From contig NIVC01000180.1 of the NCBI GenBank assembly GCA_002269645.1, positions 124,001-188,000 on the forward strand: a stretch of DNA of 64,000 nucleotides. The letters run 5' to 3'. The notes beneath the pieces were generated by a model. It was given only the letters and a program-made list of their open reading frames with translations, was not told the origin of the DNA and did not search any database. This DNA is from Macrostomum lignano (Eukaryota). Position numbers and translations under genes: made by a program. This document shows, piece after piece, positions 11,152 to 23,322 of this stretch. Each line of letters begins with the position of its first letter. Positions within the stretch are counted from its first letter, which is position 1.

Positions 11152-14100
11152 AAGCAGTCTGTGTTAGGTCATTGGGTGCGCCCATTTGGAAACGTCGCTG
11201 AGGTTCCAGTGGATTTTCCCAGGTATGTCATTGGGCCTCAAGAGGAATTGCTCAGGTGTGTCATTGGGCCTCAAGAGGAATTGCTCAGGTGTGTCATTGG
11301 GCCTCAAGAGGAATTGCTCAGGTGTGTCATTGGGCCTCAAGGGGAATTGCTCAGGTGTGTCATTGGGCCTCCAGGGGAATTGCTCAGGTGTGTCATTGGG
11401 CCTCATGGGGAATTGCTCAGGTGTGTCATTGGGCCTCAAGGGGAATTGCTCAGGTGTGTCATTGGGCCTCATGGGGAATTGCTCAGGTGTGTCATTGGGC
11501 CTCAAGGGGAATTGCTCAGGTGTGTCATTGGGCCTCATGGGGAATTGCTCAGGTGTGTCATTGGGCCTCCAGGGGAATTGCTCAGGTGTGTCATTGGGCC
11601 TTAAGGGGAATTGCTCAGGTGTGTCATTGGGCCTCATGGGGAATTGCTCAGGTGTGTCATTGGGCCTCCAGGGGAATTGCTCAGGTGTGTCATTGGGCCT
11701 CATGGGGAATTGCTCTGGTGTGTCATTGGGCCTCATGGGGAATTGCTCAGGTGTGTCATTGGGCCTCATAGGGAATTGCTCAGGTGTGTCATTGGGCCTC
11801 ATGGGGAATTGCTCAGGTGTGTCATTGGGCCTCATGGGGAATTGCTCAGGTGTGTCATTGGGCCTCAAGGGGAATTGCTCAGGTGTGTCATTGGGCCTCA
11901 TGGGGAATTGCTCAGGTGTGTCATTGGGCCTCATAGGGAATTGCTCAGGTGTGTCATTGGGCCTCCAGGGGAATTGCTCAGGTGTGTCATTGGGCCTCCA
12001 GGGGAATTGCTCAGGTGTGTCATTGGGCCTCCAGGGGAATTGCTCAGGTGTGTCATTGGGCCTCAAGGGGAATTGCTCAGGTGTGTCATTGGGCCTCATG
12101 GGGAATTGCTCAGGTGGCCTCGTGGGGAATCGGTCAGGTATCACATAGGGCTCATAGCAATAGCTCACTAAGCAATGTAAATTCTTGGCATAGTAAATGA
12201 TACTGCTGCATAAGTGCATTATAAATTATCCCTGCTGCAGTTATTAATCATATTTATCCCCAGCACTGGCTTGAAGCCTTGCGACTCGCCTCCGCCAGCC
12301 AGCGGCAGCCATGAACAGCCGCCTCTTCACTCACGCGCCCCGGCTCACCTGATCTGCCGCGTCTGCCGCGGAGTTTATCGGGAGCCACGGGTCAACCAGT
12401 GCGGCCACACCCTGTGCAGCGGTTGCTACACCCGCTTGCAGTTCGATCCCGCTGACCCGCAGCCATCTGTCTGCCCGCAGTGCGGCAGCGGCCTCGTGCC
12501 CGAGTCCTCCGTGCCGAACAGGTGCGGGCTTGGGACTTGAGTTTGTGTCAGATGGATTTCAGTTTGTGTCAGATGGATTTCAGTTTGTGTCAGATAGATT
12601 TCAGTTTGTGTCAGATGGATTTCAGTTTGTGTCAGATAGATTGTAGTTTGTCAGATAGATTGTAGTTTGTGTCAGATAGATTGTTGTTTGTGTCAGATAG
12701 ATTGTAGTTTGTGTCATAGATTGAAGTTTGTGTCAGACAGATTGTAGTTTGTCAGATAGATTGTAGTTTGTGTCAGATAGATTGTAGTTTGTGTCAGATA
12801 GGTTGTAGTTTGTCAGATAGATTGTAGTTTGTGTCAGATAGATTGTAGTTTGTGTCATAGATTGAAGTTTGTGTCAGACAGATTGCAGTTTGTCAGATAG
12901 ATTGTAGTTTGTGTCAGATGGATTTCAGTTTGTGTCAGATAGATTTCAGTTTGTGTCAGATAGATTGTAGTTTATGTCAGATAGATTGTAGTTTGTGTCA
13001 GATAGATTGTAGTTTCTGTCAGGCAAATGGTAGTTTGTGTCTGTCAGGCAAATTGTGTCTGTCTGTAGTTTCTGTCAGGCAAATGGTAGTTTGTGTCAGA
13101 TAGATTGTAGTTTGTGTCAGGCAAATAGTAGTTTGTGTCAGATAGATTGTAGTTTGTGTCAGGCAAATAGTAGTTTGTGTCAGATAGATTTCAGTTTGTG
13201 TCAGATAGATTGTAGTTTGTGTCAGACAGATTGTAGTTTGTGTCAGACAGATTGTAGTTTGTGTCAGACAGATTGTAGTTTGTGTCAGACAGATTGTAGT
13301 TTGTGTCAGACAGATTGTAGTTTGTGTCAGACAGATTGTAGTTTGTGTCAGACAGATTGTAGTTTGTGTCAGATAGATTGTAGTTTGTGTCAGATGAATT
13401 TCAGTTTGTGTCAGATGGATTTTAGTTTGTCAGATAGATTGTAGTTTGTGTCAGACAGATTGTAGTTTGTGTCAGATAGATTGTAGTTTGTGTCAGGCAA
13501 ATAGTAGTTTGTGTCAGATAGATTGTAGTTTCTGTCAGGCAAATGGTAGTTTGTGTCAGGCCAATAGTAGTTTGTGTCAGATAGATTTCAGTTTGTGTCA
13601 GACAGATTGTAGTTTCTGTCAGATAGATTGTTGTTTGTGTCAGACAGATTGTAGTTTGTGTCAGATAGATTGTAGTTTGTGTCAGGCAAATAGTATTTTC
13701 TGTCAGATAGATTGTTGTTTGTGTCAGACAGATTGTAGTTTGTGTCAGACAGATTGTAGTTTGCGTCAGGCAAATAGTAGTTTCTGTCAGATTGCAGTTT
13801 GTGTCAGATAGATTGTAGTTTGTGTCAGACAGATTGTAGTTTGTGTCAGATAGATTGTAGTTTCTGTCAGGCAAATGGTAGTTTGTGTCAGATAGATTGT
13901 AGTTTGTGTCAGGCAAATAGTAGTTTGTGTCAGATAGATTGTAGTTTGTGTCAGGCAAATAGTAGTTTGTGTCAGATAGATTTCAGTTTGTGTCAGACAG
14001 ATTTTAGTTTGTGTCAGCCAAATGCTAATGTGTCAGGCAAATGGTAGTTTGTGTCAGGCAAATGCAAGTTTGTGTCAGGAAGATGCTAGTTTGTGTCATG

Positions 14101-17100
14101 CAGTTGGTGGTATCTGTCAGTCAGATTGTAGCTTGTACCAGGCATATTGTAGTTTCTACCAAGCAGATTGTAGTTGGTGTCAGGCAGATTGTAGTTTTGT
14201 GATAGACAGATTTTAGTTGGTGTCAGACAGGTGGTAGTTGTGTCAGTCAGATTATAAATTTAGTTGCCAGGCAGATTGTAGTCGTGTCAGTTGGCCTGTA
14301 GTTTTTGTCACCCAGATCGCGGCTGTTTGCGTCAGAAAAATGTTGCATGTGTCAGAATTTTGATCAAGTATTAGCTAAACTATCGTCATGCATCCTTGGG
14401 TTTGTGCCAAACATGAAAAATTGTTTGCCTGACAACACAATAAATGGAAAGTCATTTGCGCAGTCCCAATAGACCATTCTATAATTCATCTTTGACGCAT
14501 TGGCAGAGACATCAGCGAGGAGGTGGAGGAGCTGACCGTGCACTGCATCTACCATTTCAAGCTGACGCCCAGCCAGCAGGCGCAGGCGCAGTTCCTGCCG
14601 ACCAGCCTGGACCTGACTGCGGACCCCAATGGCTGCAATGCCGAGCTGTCGCTGCGTGAGTACAGCTTTGTGTAGCTAGCTTTTCTCGTGTCACGTGACA
14701 GTGGCCAATGTCACTGATTAGGGAGCTCATAAAATACTAGATTGCGGAAATAAATTTCAGACTACTAACAGTAGGTTAGTAGTGCTTAACTGTATCATAA
14801 ATTAACAGTTCTAAACTAGATTTCCTCGCCTGTCCTTCCCAACCTCGGCAGTGGATCTGGAGCAGCACATATCCTCTTGCGAATTCCGTCCGGCGCCGTG
14901 TCCCTTCGACACCGTCAACTGCAGGGGCTGCAGCCATCGGGACCTGCAGCGGCACGCTCAGGATTGCATCTTCCGCTTTCTGGGTGAGTGCTTTCTGGAT
15001 GGGTGGCTTTTAGAGGTCAGGGGCAGGCTGTCCCACACTAAGCCATAGACTATTCCACACCAACCATAAACTACCCCACACCAACCATAAACTATCCCAC
15101 ACCAACCAAAGACTATCCGACACCAACCAAAGACTACTCCACACCCTCCCGACACTATCGATAACCTAACCATAGACTATCACAGAATTCGTTTTCACCT
15201 GTTTCCAGAGCTCGCTCCACGGGAAATCTTGGACGGCCTGTCGGTCCGCCAGTCGGAGACCCTGGCCACCCTGGCCAGCCTGGAGCAGCAGCTGCGCTCC
15301 GTTGAGAGCCGCCTGACCAGCCAGCTGGACTGTCTTGATGCGGCGCTGGACTCCGCGGCGTCAGCAGTAGCTCAGACTGCGCCAGCCGCAGCGCCAACCG
15401 CAGCAGCGTCGGACGCGAAGCCCAGCCTGATGGCAGCGCCACCCGTGCCACCAGTAGCGGCGACGGCAGCCTCGGCCATATCGGCACCGTCCAGGGCTAC
15501 GTCAAGAACGGCGTCGACAAGGTCGGCTGTTTCAGCGGTTGCGGCGGCGAATGCTGCCTCTGCCTCTACTGCTGCTGATGGATTCAACGTGCGCTCCAGG
15601 CGAAGCGTCGATGTCTTCGATTTCGGGGGCGGCGGCGGCGAAGTTGTCGAGGGCGGAGGAGCAGTGGCGGTGGCGGCGGCAGCAAGAGGCGCTCTCAGCC
15701 GGTCGCCTTCCATGCCAGTGGGAACGGCGCGGCTGAATGGCTTGCCAGCAGTGAGTGTCAGTTGACCGCCTTTTCCATGCGTTTAACTTCAGTCCCGATA
15801 AGAAAGATGAGCACAGCATTTACTGTTCTCAAATTGTGTTGGAATTTCTCTCCGCAGAATCCCCGCTCCTCCTACCTCACCTGCTTGGCGGACCTCACCT
15901 GGCACAGCAGCCGGGTCGTGTCTCTGCTGCTCATTCCGGAACAGTTCCGCCTGGTGTCGCTGGACTCCACCGGAGCCATCGTGGCGTGGAACATCCAGCA
16001 GCTGTGCTCCGGCCACGCCGGCAACGCCAGAGCTGTGGAGCGGCTGGGCGATGCGCAGTACTCAGACAGCTTCGTGTGCGCCTGCCGCCTGCCAGTGTAC
16101 GTGTTCGTGGGCTGCAGAGACGGCAGCCTGCTGCAGCTGGCCCGCTTCGCCACCGACATCAAGCGGGTCAAGACGGAGCCTGGCGCCCACTCGGCCTGCA
16201 TCACGGCCGTCGCCGCCAGCCCCGGCGGCCTCCTGTTCAGCGGCAGCCGCGGCGAGCTCAAGGCGAGCTGATTTTACCTTATTTATATATTCTGTTATTG
16301 CAGTTATTAGCATCAGACATCCCCTACTAGCGAGTAGGAAGAAAAGAAACGATGTGAATTTCTTATAATCTGTGTTAAATGGTTACGCAATTATTGCAAA
16401 ATAATATGACTTGCTTTACCAGTCAGTCACGTGACCAGCGGCTCTCTGCACACTGCTGCTATATATAGGAGCCGGTGTGCCAGTCAGTCACGTGACCAGC
16501 GGCTCTCTGCACACTGCTGCTATATATAGGAGCCGGTGTGCCAGTCAGTCACGTGACCAGCGGCTCTCTGCACACTGCTGCTATATATAGGAGCCGGTGT
16601 GCCAGTCAGTCACGTGACCAGCGGCTCTCTAAAAGCCCCACCCCTCCTGCACAGGTGTGGAAGTCCAGCAACCTGTGCTACCTGCAGACCGTGGCCATCA
16701 CGCCTCGCCAGTCGGTTCGCTGCTTGACTTTCGACGCCTGCCGCGGCGCCCTGCTGTGCGCCTGCGAGACGGAGCTGCACCGGTTCCTGGTGCGCCAGCA
16801 GCCGCCTCAGCAGCCGCCGCTGCAACAGGACCTACCAGCCTGGCATCAGCGCTACCGCCACCAGCTGCTGACCGACATCACCTGCTTGACTGTCACTGAG
16901 GAACGAATTCTGGTTGGCACCGGCCAGCCCGGACAGTCGCTGTGGCTCTTCTGCGCTGTCTCTGGCCGCTTTCAGGTGGGTTTTGATTCCACACCTGCCC
17001 CACACCAACCCCACACCTGCCCCACACCCACCCCACACCTGCCCCACACTAACCCCACACCAACCCCACACCTGCCCCGCACTAACCCCACACCTGCCCC

Positions 17101-17731
17101 ACACCAGCCCCACACCTGCCCCACACTAACCCCACACCTGCCCCACACCAACGCCACACCTGCCCCACACTAACCCCACACCTGCCCCACACCTGCCCCA
17201 CACCTGCCCCACACCAACCCCACACCTGCCCCACCCCACACTAATCCCACACCTGCCCCACACCAACCCCACACCTGCCACACACGTGCCCCACACCTGC
17301 CCCACACCTGCCCCACACCAACCCCACACCTGCCCCACACTAACTCCACACCTGCTTCACACTAACTCCACACCTGCCTCACACCTGCCCCACACTAATC
17401 CCACACCTATCCCACTCCAATCCCACAAACCGCACACCCACAGGCCTGCATAGCGGGCGGCGCCGGTCTCTGCTGCCTTTCCTGGGTGCCGGACAGCGCC
17501 TACGCCATCGCTGGCTGCCAGAACGGCTCGCTGCAAATCTGGCGCTTGCTGGACTCGCGCCATCGCAGCCTGGGCGGAGCCGAGTTACACAGCGACCCGG
17601 TGGAGGGCGCCGTGCTGCTCCAGCAGACGGAACGGCACCGAGACAGTGTGACCTCAATCTCGCTGCTGCAGGACCTGCTGTTCACCGGTTCTGGCGACGG
17701 CTGGATGAAGGTGTTCCGCTTCCAGCCTTGA
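11152..17731 (+). CDS. TRAF7: TRAF7-like RING + TRAF-type zinc finger + coiled coil + WD40 protein; exons 11152-11222 (tentative), 12264-12521, 14507-14655, 14852-14983, 15209-15750, 15858-16262, 16655-16975, 17444-17731
   Basis: C3HC4 RING (CRVC...CGHTLCSGC...CPQC), then EEVEELTVHC..DPNGC..HISSCEFRPAPCP..HAQDC, then WD repeats (LLFSGSRGELK|VWK, LFTGSGDGWMKVF). All phases are consistent. The start codon is unresolved and orthology was not tested. Confidence 0.75.
11223..12115. repeat. 33-nt intronic minisatellite starting at the 5' splice site
   Basis: GTGTGTCATTGGGCCTC(A/C)(T/A)GGGGAATTGCTCAG, about 27 copies. Confidence 0.95.
12540..14300. repeat. 21-nt intronic minisatellite
   Basis: TAGTTTGTGTCAGA(T/C)AGATTG with variants, degrading toward the 3' end. 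Confidence 0.95.
15045..15185. repeat. Short C/A-rich intronic minisatellite
   Basis: CCACACCAACCA(T/A)A(A/G)ACTA repeated about 5 times. Confidence 0.7.
16420..16630. repeat. 61-nt tandem repeat (3.4 copies)
   Basis: Units start at 16420, 16481, 16542 and 16603; they contain GTCACGTGAC and, in the three full units, TATATATAG. Confidence 0.95.
16990..17430. repeat. C-rich ~11-nt intronic repeat (G-rich on minus strand)
   Basis: CCCCACACCTG / CCCCACACCAA units. Confidence 0.9.
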
Positions 17732-18249
17732 CGGGGGCACAATTTTGTTACTGAGGAGTCCAAGTTTTGAATCCATGGCTGTTAGAAAAGAGTTTTCCTG
17801 TGCTCCTGTACTGAGTACTGAAGTACTTTTATATACCAACGCCTCCTCACAATACTGGTTGGTGCTGTTTACATTTTTTACATTTTTGCTTATAGATTTT
17901 TTAGGTTGCGTTTCACTGCTGTGCCTTTCGCTGTGCCTTGTTAATCAAGTCTTTATTCTTGTTTTAAATTGACGCTTTATACTACTGTTGATCTCACATA
18001 TTAAATAAATTAGTAGCTAGTATTGGATTTTGATGTTAAAATTCTGCGTAAAATGTCGAATTTTTGTTTCTTTATTTGTCTTTGCACCGGAGTATGGATC
18101 TACAAAAGTTCATGGATAGGTCTTTGTCAAAGCTGTGTTTACTGTTTATCTCCTTTAAGTCTTTGTCTGCGATTAGTCTTAGTTTTAAAACAGCATATTC
18201 TTTTTAATTTTGGCTAAAAGCAGCATATGTCACTTTGCCTTTGTTATAG

Positions 18250-19972
18250 GCTGCGCCAGCCGCTGCCGCCGCCTTAATAGAAAGTACTCTTGAGGCGCCC
18301 GCAGCGGCTCAGGAGGCGCCAGCAGCGGCTCAGAAGGCGCCAGCAGCGGCTCAGGAGGCGCCAGCAGCGGCTCAGGAGGCGCCAGCAGCGGCTCAGGAGG
18401 CGCCAACAGCGGCTCAGGAGGCGCCAACAGCGGCTCAGGAGGCGCCAGCATCTGACGAGAAGCCAGCAGTAACTTCATATCCAACAGCTGCATCAAAAGC
18501 CGTCACCGATGCAGCATCGGGCACCCTGGTGATGCTGGACCTGGAGACCACCGGGATGGAGGGCCGGCAGCGCATCACGGAGCTCGCCATGCTGGCTGTG
18601 CACACCTTCAACCTGCTTGAGGCGGCTGAGGCGGCCGCTGTTTCCGCCAGCCCGGTTGCTAATGGCAACGGAGACGCTGCTGGCGTCGGCTCGCAGCCGC
18701 CGAGAGCGTCGCGGCTTCCCCGCGTGATGAACAGCCTGTGCCTGGTGTTCCACCCCATGCAGCCAGTCCACCCGGCCGCCGCCGACCTGACGCGCCTTGA
18801 CAACGTGGCTCTCGAGCGGCAGAAAGAGTTCGACAGGAACGCCGCCGCTCTGATTGACGCCTTCCTGAGCCGGCTGGAGCCTCCCGTCGTGCTGATGGCG
18901 CACAATGGGCTGCAGTTCGACTTCCCGCTGCTCAGGAGCGAGCTGGATGCTGTGGGGGTCAGGTGAGGTCACGGCGCTTTTTGACAAGGCTTTGGCCTAG
19001 CCCACCAACATACTACCCTACTGAATAGCCCACCATACTACTCACTAATTAGCCCACCATGCTACTCACTAATTAGCCCACCATACTACTCACTAAATAG
19101 CCCATACTACTCACTAAATAGCCCACCATACTACTCACTAAATAGCCCACCATACTACTCACTAAATAGCCCACCATACTACTCACTAAATAGCCCACCA
19201 TACTACTCACTAAATAGCCCACCATACTACTTACTAAATAGCCCACCATACTACTCACTAAATAGCCCACCATACTACTCACTAAATAGCCCACCATACT
19301 ACTCACTAAATAGCCCACCATACTACTCACTAAATAGCCCACCATACTACTCACTAAATAGCCCACCATACTACTCACTAAATAGCCCACCATACTACTC
19401 ACTAAATAGCCCACCATACTACTCACTAAATAGTTCACCATACTACTCACTAAATAGTTCACCATACTACTCACTAAATAGTTCACCATACTACTCACTA
19501 AATAGCCCACCATACTACTCACTAAATAGCCCACCATACTACTCACTAAATAGCCCACCATACTACTCACTATATAACCGCAAATAACTCTTACAAAAGA
19601 ATCCTATCACACTACTTGCTAAATGCAGTAGTCCAGTCTTATTGCTCACTAAAAAGGCGGCATGCTACTCACAAAATCCGCAGCCTGCAGTCTCGTCCGC
19701 TGTGCTGCGACTCCCTTCCTCTGTTTCGCAAGCTGGAGCCGCCCGGCAGTCGCTGCGGCCTCACAGAGCTGCACTTCCGCCTGGCGGGCTGGCGGCCTGA
19801 GGACGCCCACTCTGCCATCGAGGACTGCGCCAGCCTACTGCGGGTGCTGAGCTGCCGTCTGCCCGCTTGTCTGGACTGGGTGCGGCACCAGGCCGTGCCG
19901 TTCGACTCGGTGGCTCCCAAATATGTTGCTAAGCGGAGGCTGCCGCTGCCCGATTTTCCCTACAAGCTGTGA
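18250..19972 (+). CDS. TREX1: TREX1/TREX2-like DEDDh 3'-5' exonuclease, paralog A; exons 18250-18962, 19684-19972 (start codon unresolved)
   Basis: ExoI DLETTG, ExoII AHNGLQFDFPLL, CCDSLPLFR and ExoIII HSAIED. N-terminal APAAAQE repeats. GT-AG intron, phase 2. Confidence 0.88.
18294..18450 (+). repeat. 21-nt exonic repeat encoding APAAAQE (~7 copies)
   Basis: GCGCCAGCAGCGGCTCAGGAG in frame with the exonuclease domain. Confidence 0.85.
18998..19572. repeat. 24-nt intronic minisatellite
   Basis: TAGCCCACCATACTACTCACTAAA, about 23 copies. Confidence 0.95.
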
Positions 19973-20014
19973 GGGGTGCTGGAGTTTTCTCAAATAGCTG
20001 GGATTATTTATCTG

Positions 20015-22710
20015 GATCCAGATCCTCAGTTGCTGGGCCAGCCTCCCAGATCCCCAGTTGCTTGGCCAGCCTCCCAGATCCTCAGTTGCTGGGCCAGCCT
20101 CCCAGATCCTCAGTTGCTGGACCAGCCTCCCAGATCCTCAGTTGCTGGACCAGCCTCCCAGAGTGTCAGTTGCTGGGCCAGCCTCCCAGATCCCCAGTTG
20201 CTGGGCCAGCCTCCCAGATCCTCAGTTGCTGGACCAGCCTCCCAGAACCTCAGTTGCTGGGCCAGCCTCCCAGATCCTCAGTTGCTGGACCAGCCTCCCA
20301 GAACCTCAGTTGCTGGGCCAGCCTCCCAGATCCTCAGTTGCTGGGCCAGCCTCCCAGAGTGTCAGTTGCTGGGCCAGCCTCCCAGATCCTCAGTTGCTGG
20401 GCCAGCCTCCCAGATCCCCAGTTGCTGGGCCAGCCTCCCAGAATGTCAGTTGCTGGGCCAGCCTCCCAGAACCTCAGTTGCTGGGCCAGCCTCCCAGAAC
20501 CTCAGTTGCTGGGCCAGCCTCCCAGAACCTCAGTTGCTGGGCCAGCCTCCCAGAGTGTCAGTTGCTGGGCCAGCCTCCCGAAACCTCATTTGCTGGGCCA
20601 GCCTCCCAGAACCTCATTTGCTGGGCCAGCCTCCCAGAACCTCAGTTGCTGGACCAGCCTCCCAGATCCTCAGTTGCTGGACCAGCCTCCCAGAACCTCA
20701 GTTGCTGGGCCAGCCTCCCAGATCCTCAGTTGCTGGACCAGCCTCCCAGAACCTCAGTTGCTGGGCCAGCCTCCCAGAGTGTCAGTTGCTGGGCCAGCCT
20801 CCCAGATCCTCAGTTGCTGGGCCAGCCTCCCAGATCCCCAGTTGCTGGGCCAGCCTCCCAGAATGTCAGTTGCTGGACCAGCCTCCCAGAACCTCAGTTG
20901 CTGGGCCAGCCTCCCAGATCCTCAGTTGCTGGACCAGCCTCCCAGAACCTCAGTTGCTGGGCCAGCCTCCCAGATCCTCAGTTGCTGGGCCAGCCTCCCA
21001 GAGTGTCAGTTGCTGGGCCAGCCTCCCAGATCCTCAGTTGCTGGGCCAGCCTCCCAGATCCCCAGTTGCTGGGCCAGCCTCCCAGAATGTCAGTTGCTGG
21101 GCCAGCCTCCCAGAACCTCAGTTGCTGGGCCAGCCTCCCAGAACCTCAGTTGCTGGGCCAGCCTCCCAGAACCTCAGTTGCTGGGCCAGCCTCCCAGAGT
21201 GTCAGTTGCTGGGCCAGCCTCCCGAAACCTCATTTGCTGGGCCAGCCTCCCAGAACCTCATTTGCTGGGCCAGCCTCCCAGAACCTCAGTTGCTGGACCA
21301 GCCTCCCAGATCCTCAGTTGCTGGACCAGCTTCCCAGAACCTCAGTTGCTGGGCCAGCCTCCCAGATCCTCAGTTGCTGGACCAGCCTCCCAGAACCTCA
21401 GTTGCTGGGCCAGCCTCCCAGAGTGTCAGTTGCTGGGCCAGCCTCCCAGATCCTCAGTTGCTGGGCCAGCCTCCCAGATCCCCAGTTGCTGGGCCAGCCT
21501 CCCAGAATGTCAGTTGCTGGACCAGCCTCCCAGAACCTCAGTTGCTGGGCCAGCCTCCCAGAACCTCAGTTGCTGGGCCAGCCTCCCAGAGTGTCAGTTG
21601 CTGGGCCAGCCTCCCGAAACCTCATTTGCTGGGCCAGCCTCCCAGAACCTCATTTGCTGGGCCAGCCTCCCAGAACCTCAGTTGCTGGGCCAGCCTCCCA
21701 GAGTGTCAGTTGCTGGGCCAGCCTCCCAGATCCCCAGTTGCTGGGCCAGCCTCCCAGAACCTCAGTTGCTGGGCCAGCCTCTCAGATCCTCAGTTGCTGG
21801 GCCAGCCTCCCAGAACCTCAGTTGCTGGGCCAGCCTCCCAGAGTGTCAGTTGCTGGGCCAGCCTCCCAGAACCTCAGTTGCTGGGCCAGCCTCTCAGATC
21901 CTCAGTTGCTGGGCCAGCCTCCCAGAACCTCAGTTGCTGGGCCAGCCTCTCAGATCCTCAGTTGCTGGGCCAGCCTCCCAGAGTGTCAGTTGCTGTACCA
22001 GCCTCCCAGATCCTCAGTTGCTGGGCCAGCCTCCCAGATCCTCAGTTGCTGTGCCAGCCTCCCAGATCCTCAGTTGCTGGGCCAGCCTCCCAGATCCTCA
22101 GTTGCTGGGCCAGCCAGCCTCGCAGATCCTCAGTTGCTGGGCCAGCCTCCCAGATCCTCAGTTGCTGGGCCAGCCTCCCCGAGTGTCAGTTGCTGGGCCA
22201 GCCAGCCTCCCAGAACCTCATTTGCTGGGCCAGCCTCCCATATCCTCAGTTGCTGGGCCAGCCTCCCAGAACCTCAGTTGCTGGGCCAGCCTCTCAGATC
22301 CTCAGTTGCTGGGCCAGCCTCCCAGAGTGTCAGTTGCTGTGCCAGCCTCCCAGATCCTCAGTTGCTGGGCCAGTCTCCCAGATCCTCAGTTGCTGTGCCA
22401 GCCTCCCAGATCCTCAGTTGCTGGGCCAGCCTCCCCGAGTGTCAGTTGCTGGGCCAGCCAGTTTCGCAGATCCTCAGTTGCTGGGCCAGCCTTCCAGATC
22501 CTCAGTTGCTGGGCCAGCCTCCCCGAGTGTCAGTTGCTGGGCCAGCCAGCCTCCCAGATCCTCAGTTGCTGGGCCAGCCTTCCAGATCCTCAGTTGCTGG
22601 GCCAGCCTCCCCGAGTGTCAGTTGCTGGGCCAGCCAGCCTCCCAGATCCTCAGTTGCTGGGCCAGCCAGCCTCCCAGATCCTCAGTTGCTGGGTCAGCCT
22701 CCCACATTGT
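20015..22710. repeat. 28-nt satellite (~2.7 kb) downstream of TREX paralog A
   Basis: CCAGCCTCCCAGATCCTCAGTTGCTGGG with recurring variant units. Confidence 0.97.
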
Positions 22711-23322
22711 CAGTTTCACGACCAGTCTCAGGTTTCTTACCCGAGTTCGTTCTAGGTCATAGACCCTTATCTGTTCTTTTTTATCGATTTTATCTATAAT
22801 GTACATATTACATTTTTACATTAGGAACACAAAACTGACCTTGCTTTACCTAACAGATTGCTTTTTGAGTTGCATGCTAATGATGTTTTTTCTTAACTAC
22901 CGCACTTTTGTGCAGTCAACTCCATTAATTTCCATTATTCATTTTATTATGTTTTCCTATATACTTTTTAATCTAAATCTGTATGAGGCACATAGTTTGT
23001 TAGCATTGCGCAATGCTTAATATTTAAGTAATCATTTTTATCTAACAAACTTTTCCTTCTTAGACTTTTGTGTTGTCATAATTTTTCTATTAACTTTTAG
23101 CCACAAGCTTATTGCACTTTTGTGCAAAAATGATTTATTATAATACCATTTTACCTGCCACCTTCTTATCGAAGATTGCTTCTGATTGTTGTATAAAGAA
23201 TTATGAATATTATCTTATGAATATTATTTACAGTGTACAGTGTAAATATGGATGAATTCAGTTTAAATTATTGCTGTTTACTGATTACTACTAATAGATT
23301 TTTATGCATCTGACCCAGATGT

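Noticed and set aside
11161-14216. Cys-rich repeat ORFs (LLRCVIGP, CSLCQID, PEQFPMRPNDT)
   Set aside because: Intronic minisatellites between phase-consistent exons of the RING/WD40 gene.
19969-22799. Three ~920-aa ORFs in all plus frames
   Set aside because: Artefact of a stop-free 28-nt satellite; all frames give the same rotating peptide.
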